Positions 18,025 through 25,996 of a DNA stretch of 64,000 nucleotides are shown here, one piece after another. Both the position numbers and the translations under genes were made by a program. The stretch's first letter is position 1; each line of letters opens with the position of its first letter. The notes under the pieces were generated by a model, which worked only from the letters and a program-made list of their open reading frames with translations, was not told the origin of the DNA and did no database searches. The DNA comes from an uncultured bacterium (GTDB lineage: Bacteria; Krumholzibacteriota; Krumholzibacteriia; Krumholzibacteriales; Krumholzibacteriaceae): the NCBI GenBank assembly GCA_963786935.1, contig CAWBAN010000003.1, forward strand, positions 320,001 through 384,000, in the 5' to 3' direction.

Positions 18025-18525
18025 ATGGGTATCTCTTTCAGCGCCGATGAAGTGTTCGAAATGGCGATGGACATCGAGAAGAACGGCGAAGCGTATTACC
18101 GGAAGGCGCTGACTCTAGCGAAGAGCGCGGGCGTCAAAACGGTCCTGACCGATCTCATGGAGCAGGAGCAGCATCATTACGCCACGTTCAAGGGCCTCCG
18201 GGACAATCTTCCGCCGCGGGCGTCGCTTCCGACCGTCGCCGATCCCGAGAGCGAGGAGTATCTCTACCTCGACGCGCTCGTCAAGTCGCGGCTCTTCAAC
18301 ACGACGCGCGAGGCGGAAGCGCTCGCGGCCAAGTCCGGAAACGAGATCGAGGCGCTCAGGTCGGCCCTCGTCTTCGAGAAGGACACGGTCCTGTTCTTCC
18401 AGACGATGAAGGCGATGACGGACGAGCGGCTCGGCAGGGGAGACATCGACCGGATCATCGAGGAAGAGCATCGGCACATCGTGAGAATCTCGAAGGCGAT
18501 CAAGGAGGCTCAGGGAAAAGGCTGA
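18025..18525 (+). CDS. Ferritin-like (rubrerythrin-family) protein
   Basis: FSADEVFEMAMDIEKNG..YY, EQHH, FEKDT..FF, EEHRH; AAGGAGG RBS. Confidence 0.88.
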   Translation: MGISFSADEVFEMAMDIEKNGEAYYRKALTLAKSAGVKTVLTDLMEQEQHHYATFKGLRDNLPPRASLPTVADPESEEYLYLDALVKSRLFNTTREAEALAAKSGNEIEALRSALVFEKDTVLFFQTMKAMTDERLGRGDIDRIIEEEHRHIVRISKAIKEAQGKG

Positions 18526-18532
18526 CGCTGAG

Positions 18533-20128
18533 ATGGAAAACGCGGAACGCTCTCTTTCCCGGCCGGGCGGCAGGGATCATCTCGTCATGGGCATCCTCGC
18601 GGGGGGTGCCCTTCTTTTTCGGCTCGTCTTTCTGAGCGCTCCCCGGGTGCTGACCGGCGACGAGGGGCATTACGCGGAATCGCTCTTCCGGTTCCTCCAC
18701 GGGCGCTTTCTCGACGGCGTCTCCGATTACTGGTCGTTTCTCTATCCCTTCGCGGCGATTCCCTTCGGCGCGCTCGCGCGCGACGCCGAGACGGGGCTGC
18801 GGCTCCTCTCCGCCGTCTCGGGAGCGGCGATCGTCGTCCCCACGATGCTCATCGCGCGCCGGCTCTGGGGAAGCCGCGCCGCCGTCTTCGCGGGGTTGCT
18901 CGTCGCCCTGCAGCCGAACCTCATCTCGTTCTCGACCGCCGCGATCACCGAATCGCTCTATTCATTCCTCGTCATGTGCGCGCTGCTGCTCCTCCTGCGC
19001 GGGCTCGACGGGCGCGGCGCGACGGCGTATGCGGGCGCGGGAACGCTGCTCGGCCTCGCGGCGCTCGTCCGCCCCGAGGCGATCGCGATCCTCGTTCTCT
19101 TCGCCCTCTTCGCGGCGGCGACGGGACGCGGCGAAGCGGGCGGCGCCGCCGCGCGCGCGCGCCGAACGGGCCTCATGGTTTTCTGGTTCGCCGTCGTGCT
19201 GATTCCCTATTTCATCCTGCTCCGCGCGGCGACGGGGGAGTGGTCCGCTGGTTCGAAGGCCGCCGTGAACCTGAGCTCGCCCGTCATCTGGCAGGACGAT
19301 CTCGCCCGGGAGGAGTACGTGTACAGCCTGAACGGCGAGGGAACGGCGAGGCGCATAGACGATCTCTCCCGCGAGAGCGCGCCGCGCGTGTTGTGGCGTC
19401 AGCGGGGCGCGCTCGCCTCGCGCTACGTTCCCAAGCTGGCCGCGGGCGCCGCGCTGCTCCCGCTCCTCTTCGCGAGCCCGCTCCTCCTCGTGCTCGTGCC
19501 GCTCGGCCTGATCGGCAGGCGGTGGCGCCGGGAGGATCGCGCCGCCGCATGGCTCCTGCTCGCGCTCGGGCTCTTCCCGTTCCTGTTCTATTCGCTGTTC
19601 CGCGTCGAGCTCAGATACCTCGTGCCGTATCTCCCCGTCTATCTGCTCTGGGCCGGAGCCGGATGCGACGCGCTTCTCGGCTGGTTCACCGCCCGCGTGT
19701 CGCCGAGACGCGCGGCCGCCGCTGCGCTCGCCGCGCTCATTCTCCTGAGCCTCGTGCCGTACACGGTCAATCGCTACGTCTCCCTGGCGAAATCGCAGCC
19801 GCTCGAATGGAGGCGCATCGGGCGCTTGATCGCGGAGCGCGAATCCCCCGCGCCGCGCATTCTCGCGCACTCCGGCTGCTCCGTTGGCTACTACGCGGGA
19901 AATCCGGACGCGACGTTCATCCCCTGGACCGACGCGGCCGGCCTCCTTCGCTACATGAAACATCACCGCTACGAGTATCTCGTCGTGGACGAGGAGTATT
20001 TCCGCGCGGCGCGGCCGACGCTCCGCTCGATTCTCGACGATCCGCCGCCGGAGCTGCGGAAGCTCGGCGAATTCGGGAGCGGAAGCGGCGGGAGGCTTCT
20101 CGTCTATCTCATCGAGCCGACCTTCTGA
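18533..20128 (+). CDS. GT-C (ArnT/PMT-like, family 39/83) membrane glycosyltransferase
   Basis: GDEGHY after the first TM helix, TESLY, LVRPE, RYLVP; many TM helices. Confidence 0.8.
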   Translation: MENAERSLSRPGGRDHLVMGILAGGALLFRLVFLSAPRVLTGDEGHYAESLFRFLHGRFLDGVSDYWSFLYPFAAIPFGALARDAETGLRLLSAVSGAAIVVPTMLIARRLWGSRAAVFAGLLVALQPNLISFSTAAITESLYSFLVMCALLLLLRGLDGRGATAYAGAGTLLGLAALVRPEAIAILVLFALFAAATGRGEAGGAAARARRTGLMVFWFAVVLIPYFILLRAATGEWSAGSKAAVNLSSPVIWQDDLAREEYVYSLNGEGTARRIDDLSRESAPRVLWRQRGALASRYVPKLAAGAALLPLLFASPLLLVLVPLGLIGRRWRREDRAAAWLLLALGLFPFLFYSLFRVELRYLVPYLPVYLLWAGAGCDALLGWFTARVSPRRAAAAALAALILLSLVPYTVNRYVSLAKSQPLEWRRIGRLIAERESPAPRILAHSGCSVGYYAGNPDATFIPWTDAAGLLRYMKHHRYEYLVVDEEYFRAARPTLRSILDDPPPELRKLGEFGSGSGGRLLVYLIEPTF

Positions 20129-20373
20129 TCCTCCGGGAGCCGCCCTCCTGATCGTCCGGCAGGCGGTTCGTCTTGCCCCTTATTCCTCCTCGCGGCCGGT
20201 TCTATCCGGTCTTTTCCGGTTGTTCCTCGAAATTCCCTCTTGTTGTGAATAGTTTTTGCTTGTTTCCTTCCCGAGCGACGCGATTTGCAGCTGTGATGTG
20301 CTGCCAGCGCTTTTAAATGCAATAGGTTGCGTGTGCTTGCGCTCCGCGCGGCAAGGGAACGGAGAGCCGAGAT

Positions 20374-20388
20374 TGGCTGCAATTTTGC
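20374..20388 (+). promoter_or_regulatory. Candidate sigma-54 (-24/-12) promoter for the partner-switching operon
   Basis: TGGCTGCAATTTTGC has GG-N10-GC spacing; AT-rich tract about 50 bp upstream. Confidence 0.4.
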
Positions 20389-20480
20389 CGGGTGACGGGA
20401 AGGCATACGATCTTTTTTCGGGGGGCGGAGTCTTTCGACGGCACATCGTTGACTGGATTCTCAAGCGCCGGTTCTTTGGC

Positions 20481-21371
20481 ATGAAGAGTGTGGCGCAGCG
20501 GCTCGAGGAGAACCGCCGCGCGCTCGTCGAGCACGAGCGGATCGCGCGCGAGCTCGAGATCGCGCACGAGATCCAGGCGACGCTCCTGCCGGCCTGCCTG
20601 CCGCATTTCCCCAATATCGAGATGGACGCCTATTACAACGCCGCCACCGAGGTGGGCGGCGACTACTTCGACCTCGTTCCGATCGACGAGGACCGCCTGA
20701 TGATCGTCGTCGGCGACGTGGCCGGAAAAGGGGTGCCGGGCCTCGTCATCATGGCGATGGTGCGCATCCTCGTGCGGGCGCTCGCCCGCAATCCCGAGAA
20801 GCCGGCGGAGCTCATGCGACAGCTCAACCTGCTCCTCCGGAAGGATATGAAACGCAACATGTTCGTGACGCTCTTCTGGGGCGTTCTGAACACGCGCGAC
20901 GGGAGCCTCGATTTCGCGAACGCCGGCCACATGCCCCTCATCGTCTACCGCGGCTCGCGGCGCGTCGTGGACGCGTTCCGGTCGACGGCGAAGCCGCTCG
21001 GCGCGTTTTCGGACGATATCTTCTGCCGGGGCCTCAAGGACCATCGGATCACGATCGAGCCCGGCGACTGCCTCGTGCAGTTCACGGACGGTCTGAACGA
21101 AATGCGGAACGCGGCGGGTGAGGAGTACGGCGTCGAGCGGCTCAAAGACGCGCTCGCCGCCGCGGCCGGCGGCGGCGCGCTGTACATCGTGAACGAATTG
21201 CGGCGCGATCTCGACGCGTTCCGCAGCGGCGCGCCGCAGAGCGACGATCTCACGATCGTCGTCGTCAAGGCGATGCCGGCGGACGCCGCGCGACGGCGTC
21301 CCGAACGGAAGAAAACGGCGGAGGGGATTCCCGCTCCCGAAGAGAGCCCGGCCGCGGCAGGTGCGATATGA
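20481..21371 (+). CDS. SpoIIE/RsbU-family PP2C phosphatase
   Basis: ELEIAHEIQ, EVGGDYFD, GDVAGKG, FTDGLNE, QSDDLT. Start uncertain (frame is open to 20256). Confidence 0.88.
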   Translation: MKSVAQRLEENRRALVEHERIARELEIAHEIQATLLPACLPHFPNIEMDAYYNAATEVGGDYFDLVPIDEDRLMIVVGDVAGKGVPGLVIMAMVRILVRALARNPEKPAELMRQLNLLLRKDMKRNMFVTLFWGVLNTRDGSLDFANAGHMPLIVYRGSRRVVDAFRSTAKPLGAFSDDIFCRGLKDHRITIEPGDCLVQFTDGLNEMRNAAGEEYGVERLKDALAAAAGGGALYIVNELRRDLDAFRSGAPQSDDLTIVVVKAMPADAARRRPERKKTAEGIPAPEESPAAAGAI

Positions 21372-22468
21372 AGATCGAATCGATCGATTGCGCTACGTTC
21401 GCCGTCGGCGTGAGCTTCGATGCCGGCGAGGGGCTGCGCATTCCCGTCCGGCTCGCGAGCCTCATCATGACAGCCGCGGAGTGCGAGATTCCCTCGATCG
21501 TCTGCGTCCTTCCCGACGGGCTTCCGCCGATGGTTCGCGACGCGTGCGCCCGGCTCGCCGCCTGCAATCCGATCGTTGCGATCAAGCCGTCGATCCCGCG
21601 GGATGCCGGCTTGGTCGAGCCGAAACGCTACATGGTCGGCAAGGGGAGCGCGTTCTTCTGCCTCGGGAACGTCGAAAACGACGGAGCGTATTCGCTCTTC
21701 CTGATCGGCAGAGAGGACAACGTCGAGCGCGCGTCGCGCTTCGCGCATGTCATCGCGGTCGCGCTCGGCTATACGAGCGATTTCTCGTTCGAGATCCGTC
21801 TCAGCGTCTACGAGCTCCTCATGAACATCGTCGAGCACGGGATCGAATCGAGCGCGAACGAATGGATCCAGGTCGATCTCGATCGGGAGGGGGACATGCT
21901 CGTTCTCTCGGTCATCGATCAGGGCGTCGCGTTCGATCCCTCGGGGGGATCGCAATTCGATCTCCAGGAGCACATCGACGCGCGCAGGACGCGGGGGCTC
22001 GGGCTCATCATGACGCGCCGCATCGCGGAGCAGCTCATTCATCATCGGGTGTCCGGTTATAACAAAACGCTCATGAAGAAATCGATATGGTCCCGCAGCT
22101 CGGTGCTGCGGGATGGAAAGGAGTCATCGATGGCGCAGTTCGAAATCAGCGGTCCGGCGCCCCTCGGCAACGGATCGCACGGTTTGACGCTCAGCGGCGA
22201 TCTCGACGCCAAAGGGGCGCTCGTCATGGAGCGGATGATCGGGACGCTGCTCGAGAAGAAGATGCTCCGGGTGACACTCGACTTCGAGAAGGTCTCGTTC
22301 ATATCGAGCGCCGGCGTCGGCATTCTCCTCGGGCTCGTCTCGTCCATGCGGGACGGCGGCGGAGACGCCGTATTCACGCATGTGCCGCCCAAGGTGAGCT
22401 CGGTGTTCCAGCTCCTCAATCTCGAGGATTATTTCACCATCGGCGATTCCGTCGCCGCGGGTCGGTAG
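21368..22468 (+). CDS. RsbW-like anti-sigma kinase fused to a STAS (RsbV-like) antagonist
   Basis: ELLMNIVEHG, DQGVAFDP, RGLGL; then LSGDLDA...FISSAGVGIL phosphoacceptor motif. Confidence 0.85.
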   Translation: MKIESIDCATFAVGVSFDAGEGLRIPVRLASLIMTAAECEIPSIVCVLPDGLPPMVRDACARLAACNPIVAIKPSIPRDAGLVEPKRYMVGKGSAFFCLGNVENDGAYSLFLIGREDNVERASRFAHVIAVALGYTSDFSFEIRLSVYELLMNIVEHGIESSANEWIQVDLDREGDMLVLSVIDQGVAFDPSGGSQFDLQEHIDARRTRGLGLIMTRRIAEQLIHHRVSGYNKTLMKKSIWSRSSVLRDGKESSMAQFEISGPAPLGNGSHGLTLSGDLDAKGALVMERMIGTLLEKKMLRVTLDFEKVSFISSAGVGILLGLVSSMRDGGGDAVFTHVPPKVSSVFQLLNLEDYFTIGDSVAAGR

Positions 22469-22503
22469 AACCGGAACGCATCGAGGAAGGCACGGCGTCG
22501 CGC

Positions 22504-23880
22504 ATGGCTCTCAACCACGAAAGAACGCTCGCGGATCCCCGGGGGATCGATGCCCAGCTCGAACGGCAGCGGCTGACCTTCGAAGCGATCTTCCGCCTCG
22601 TCGAGAAGCTCGGGACGACCTTCGACGTGAGCAAGATCGCGAGCCTGTTCCTCATGACGCTCATGGGGCAGCTCAAGCTGCGCCGGGTGTCGCTCTATCT
22701 CGTCGTGCCGGAGACGAACCGTCTCGAGCCGTATCGTTCGCTCGGAGTCGCCGGCGGCGCCGCGTTCCCGAGCCTGCCCGCCGAGGGCGGCTTCCTGCGC
22801 TGGCTCGTCGAGACGAACGGGCCGGCGGCACTGGACGAATTCTGCGTCGGAAACGACCGCGCGGCGGACGAGGAGGAGGAGACGATCCGGGCCCTCGCCC
22901 GCACGGGATTCTCCCACGCGATCGCCCTCTCGGAGCAGGGGGATCTCCTCGGAGCGCTTCTCTACAGCGGCTCCGTCACCGGAGAGGCGTTCAGCGCCTT
23001 CGACGAGGAGATCATCAAGATGCTCGCGCGCGTCGCCTCGATGACGGTCAAGAACGCGTTTCTCTATCAAACGGCGGTCGCGTCGAAGCTCGAGCTCGAA
23101 CGGTTCGCCGAAGCGAAACGCGAATTCATCATGCATACGTCCCACGAGCTGCGAACCCCTCTCACCGTTCTCAAGAGCGCCCTCTGGTCGCTCGATCCCG
23201 ATGAGGTCGACGAGAGCGTGCTCGTCGATATGGCCAAGGGCGCGATCGAGCGGCTCGAGGAGAAGGTGGCTTATCTCCTTTCGCTCAACGATATCGAGCT
23301 CAACACGACCGATTTCAGGCTCGAGCAGACCGAGGTGTCGTCGATCGTGGAGGATGTCCTGCGCGAGATGCTGCCGGAGCTCGAGGAAAAGAACGTGCGC
23401 GTCGACGTCGACGACCGGGCGCGGTTCCGGAAGGCGTTCATCGATGCCGGCAAGATCAGGATCGTCGTGCGCAGCATCCTCGACAACGCGGTCAATTTCG
23501 TCCGCCAGGGCGGCAATATCGGGATCACGATCTACGTGTCGGAGAATCCTCCCCGGAGCGAGGAGGGGGTGGCGATCGGCGGGCGCCTCTCGAGCGGGTC
23601 GGAGCGCGGCGTCCGGCGCGGGCGGCAGGCGATGGCCGGCTCGTCCTATATCGTCATCCGGGTGAAGGACGACGGCATCGGCATTCCCGATTCGGAAATC
23701 GAGTGCATCGCCGAGCCGTTCACGATGGCGTCGAATTCGAGCAACCGGAACGTCAAGGGGCTCGGGATCGGGCTCGCGGTTTCACACAAGGTCATTTCGG
23801 GGCACGGCGGCGCTATCTTTTGCAGGAGCAATCTGGGCGAGGGCGCGCAGTTTTCCATCTGGATTCCGCTCGACGCCTGA
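22504..23880 (+). CDS. GAF-domain sensor histidine kinase
   Basis: SHELRTPLT H-box, LDNAVNF, DDGIGI, GLGIGL. Confidence 0.9.
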   Translation: MALNHERTLADPRGIDAQLERQRLTFEAIFRLVEKLGTTFDVSKIASLFLMTLMGQLKLRRVSLYLVVPETNRLEPYRSLGVAGGAAFPSLPAEGGFLRWLVETNGPAALDEFCVGNDRAADEEEETIRALARTGFSHAIALSEQGDLLGALLYSGSVTGEAFSAFDEEIIKMLARVASMTVKNAFLYQTAVASKLELERFAEAKREFIMHTSHELRTPLTVLKSALWSLDPDEVDESVLVDMAKGAIERLEEKVAYLLSLNDIELNTTDFRLEQTEVSSIVEDVLREMLPELEEKNVRVDVDDRARFRKAFIDAGKIRIVVRSILDNAVNFVRQGGNIGITIYVSENPPRSEEGVAIGGRLSSGSERGVRRGRQAMAGSSYIVIRVKDDGIGIPDSEIECIAEPFTMASNSSNRNVKGLGIGLAVSHKVISGHGGAIFCRSNLGEGAQFSIWIPLDA

Positions 23881-23908
23881 TTCGATATTCGAACCGAGGG
23901 GGAAGAGA

Positions 23909-23941
23909 AACCGGGCGGCGCTCTTCGAGGGCCGCCCGGTT
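23909..23941. terminator. Hairpin between convergent genes (likely bidirectional terminator)
   Basis: aaccgggcggc / gccgcccggtt 11-bp inverted repeat. Confidence 0.6.
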
Positions 23942-23983
23942 CGATTTCCGATTCGTTCGCGCCCGGTGCGCGTCAGGGATCGT

Positions 23984-24649
23984 CTACTTCTTCGGAGCGC
24001 CTTCCGCCGGCTTCGGCGCGGGTTCCGCCTGCTTCTCCGGCGCGATCCTGGTCATCGATTCGATGATGATGGGCTTCTCCGGAACGTTCTGGTGCAGACC
24101 CTTGTTCCCCGTCTTGACGCCCGCGATCTTGTCGACCACGTCCATGCCCTGCACGACCTTGGCGAACACGGCGTAGCCGTACTGCGCGTCGCTCACGTGG
24201 TCGAGGGATGCGTTGTTCTTCAGGTTGACGAAGAACTGGCTCGTGGCGCTGTTGACCTCATTCGTGCGGGCCATGGAGAGCGTTCCCCGCAGATTCTTGA
24301 GGCCGTTCTTCGCCTCGTTCTGTATCGAGGCGAGCGTGGACTTCTGCATCATGTTCTTGTCGAATCCGCCGCCCTGAATGACGAAGCCGGGCATCACGCG
24401 GTGAAATATCGTTCCGTCGTAAAATTTCTTGTCGACGTAACCGAGAAAATTCTTCACGGTGATCGGAGCTTCCTTCGGGAACAGCTCGATCTTGAATGAC
24501 CCCATGCTCGTTTTTACCAAAACCATCGGATTCTCCGTCTTTATTGCCGGGTCTCCGGCCTTCACCTGGGCGCAGAGGGATCCGGCTCCCACGAACGATA
24601 CCGCTAACACGCCTAATAGTATAACCAGCAACAGATTAACCGGTTTCAT
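23984..24649 (-). CDS. ppiA: Periplasmic cyclophilin-type peptidyl-prolyl isomerase
   Basis: APITVKNFL, FHRVMPGFVIQGGG, SMART...SATSQFFVN; signal peptide. Confidence 0.93.
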   Translation of the reverse strand: MKPVNLLLVILLGVLAVSFVGAGSLCAQVKAGDPAIKTENPMVLVKTSMGSFKIELFPKEAPITVKNFLGYVDKKFYDGTIFHRVMPGFVIQGGGFDKNMMQKSTLASIQNEAKNGLKNLRGTLSMARTNEVNSATSQFFVNLKNNASLDHVSDAQYGYAVFAKVVQGMDVVDKIAGVKTGNKGLHQNVPEKPIIIESMTRIAPEKQAEPAPKPAEGAPKK

Positions 24650-24851
24650 CTCCGTGTCACCTCCGTTGAAGGAAAACCGTCTAACTCACGCATCGATAGG
24701 TAAATATACGCCAAAGCGCCTCGCCTGCAAGGGAAAAAGAGATTTTTCGAAGGGAAGTCTCCGAAACGCGTTTTTTTCCTTTTTCCTTGTTTCCTCTCTT
24801 TGATAAGATGAAGCAACGGGGTTCCTGGGAAATGTCTTTAGCTACAAAGGA

Positions 24852-25742
24852 ATGGCTATGCCGAAAGAGCTAAAGTACGATCATGTAGATGTTTTCACGG
24901 ACAAGCCCCTCGGCGGAAACCAGCTTGCCGTCTTCCACGCTCCGGGACAGCTGACGGCGAATCAGATGCTCGCGGTCGCGAGAGAAATCAATTTTTCGGA
25001 GACGACATTCGTCTATCCCGCAAAGGCCGCCGGTACGGACGCACGCGTGCGGATTTTTACTCCGTCGGAGGAGATACCGTTCGCCGGGCATCCCGCGATC
25101 GGCACCGCATTCGTGATCGCGTCGCGCTCGAGAAAGAAACTCGAGCGGCTCTCGCTCGAGCTCGGCGTCGGTCCGATCGCGATCGACATCGAGTACAAGG
25201 GAAAGAAGATCCACTCGCTCGCGATGCATCAGCCGGTTCCCGTGTTCGGCTCGGCGCTCCAGAACCGCGAGCAGGCCGCGCGGGCCTTCGGCGTGACCAT
25301 CGACGACATCCTCGGCGGCGGCGTGGTCTCGAACGGCCTCGATTTTCTCATCGTCGAAGCGACGACCCTGCAGGCGGTCCAGAACGCCCACTGCAACATC
25401 GAGGACGCGATCAAGGTGATCAAGCGCCACAACGTCCACGCGATCTATATCTTCGCGCGCCTGCAGGGAAAGGGGCCGAACGTCCGCGCGCGGCTCTTCA
25501 CGCCGAATTCGCCCGTCGTCGAGGATCCGGCGACCGGCTCCGCGGCGGGGGCCCTCGGCGGCTATCTCGCGCGGATTCTCAAGTTCCCCATGAAGCTTCG
25601 TCTCGTCGTGGAGCAGGGGATCGAGATGCAGCGGCCGAGCCTGATCACCGTCGATGTCAACTCGGAGCGCGGGACGATCGAGGGAGTCACCGTATCGGGG
25701 AAGGTCGTCGCGGTCGGCGATGGCGTCGTGCGGCTGCCCTGA
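24852..25742 (+). CDS. PhzF-family isomerase
   Basis: VDVFT...GNQLAV, NFSETTF, EIPFAGHP, EDPATGSA. Confidence 0.92.
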   Translation: MAMPKELKYDHVDVFTDKPLGGNQLAVFHAPGQLTANQMLAVAREINFSETTFVYPAKAAGTDARVRIFTPSEEIPFAGHPAIGTAFVIASRSRKKLERLSLELGVGPIAIDIEYKGKKIHSLAMHQPVPVFGSALQNREQAARAFGVTIDDILGGGVVSNGLDFLIVEATTLQAVQNAHCNIEDAIKVIKRHNVHAIYIFARLQGKGPNVRARLFTPNSPVVEDPATGSAAGALGGYLARILKFPMKLRLVVEQGIEMQRPSLITVDVNSERGTIEGVTVSGKVVAVGDGVVRLP

Positions 25743-25912
25743 CGGTGCGATGGTATCCGCCGGCGGATCCGCCCGAAGAATTCGGTACTATTCCGGCGGT
25801 GGGCGTGCTATACTGACGCCGCATTTGAACCGGAAAAAGTTCTGAGGAAGGCGGCCCGCGTGACCCCTTCATTTGGATCCTTTTTCCGGTTTTTCGTTAG
25901 TGGTGCGCGGGG

Positions 25913-25982
25913 GACGCGGACAGTCCCGCGCCTGGTCCAGTCGCAGAGCCTCCAATGGACCCGGAGCGGGACTGTCCGCGTC
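25913..25982. repeat. 70-nt hairpin element, copy 1 (REP/REPIN-like)
   Basis: 17-bp perfect outer stem gacgcggacagtcccgc, inner stem ggtcca/tggacc, loop gtcgcagagcctccaa; homologous to 58939-59009. Confidence 0.75.
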
Positions 25983-25996
25983 GTTCGCCCGCCTCT

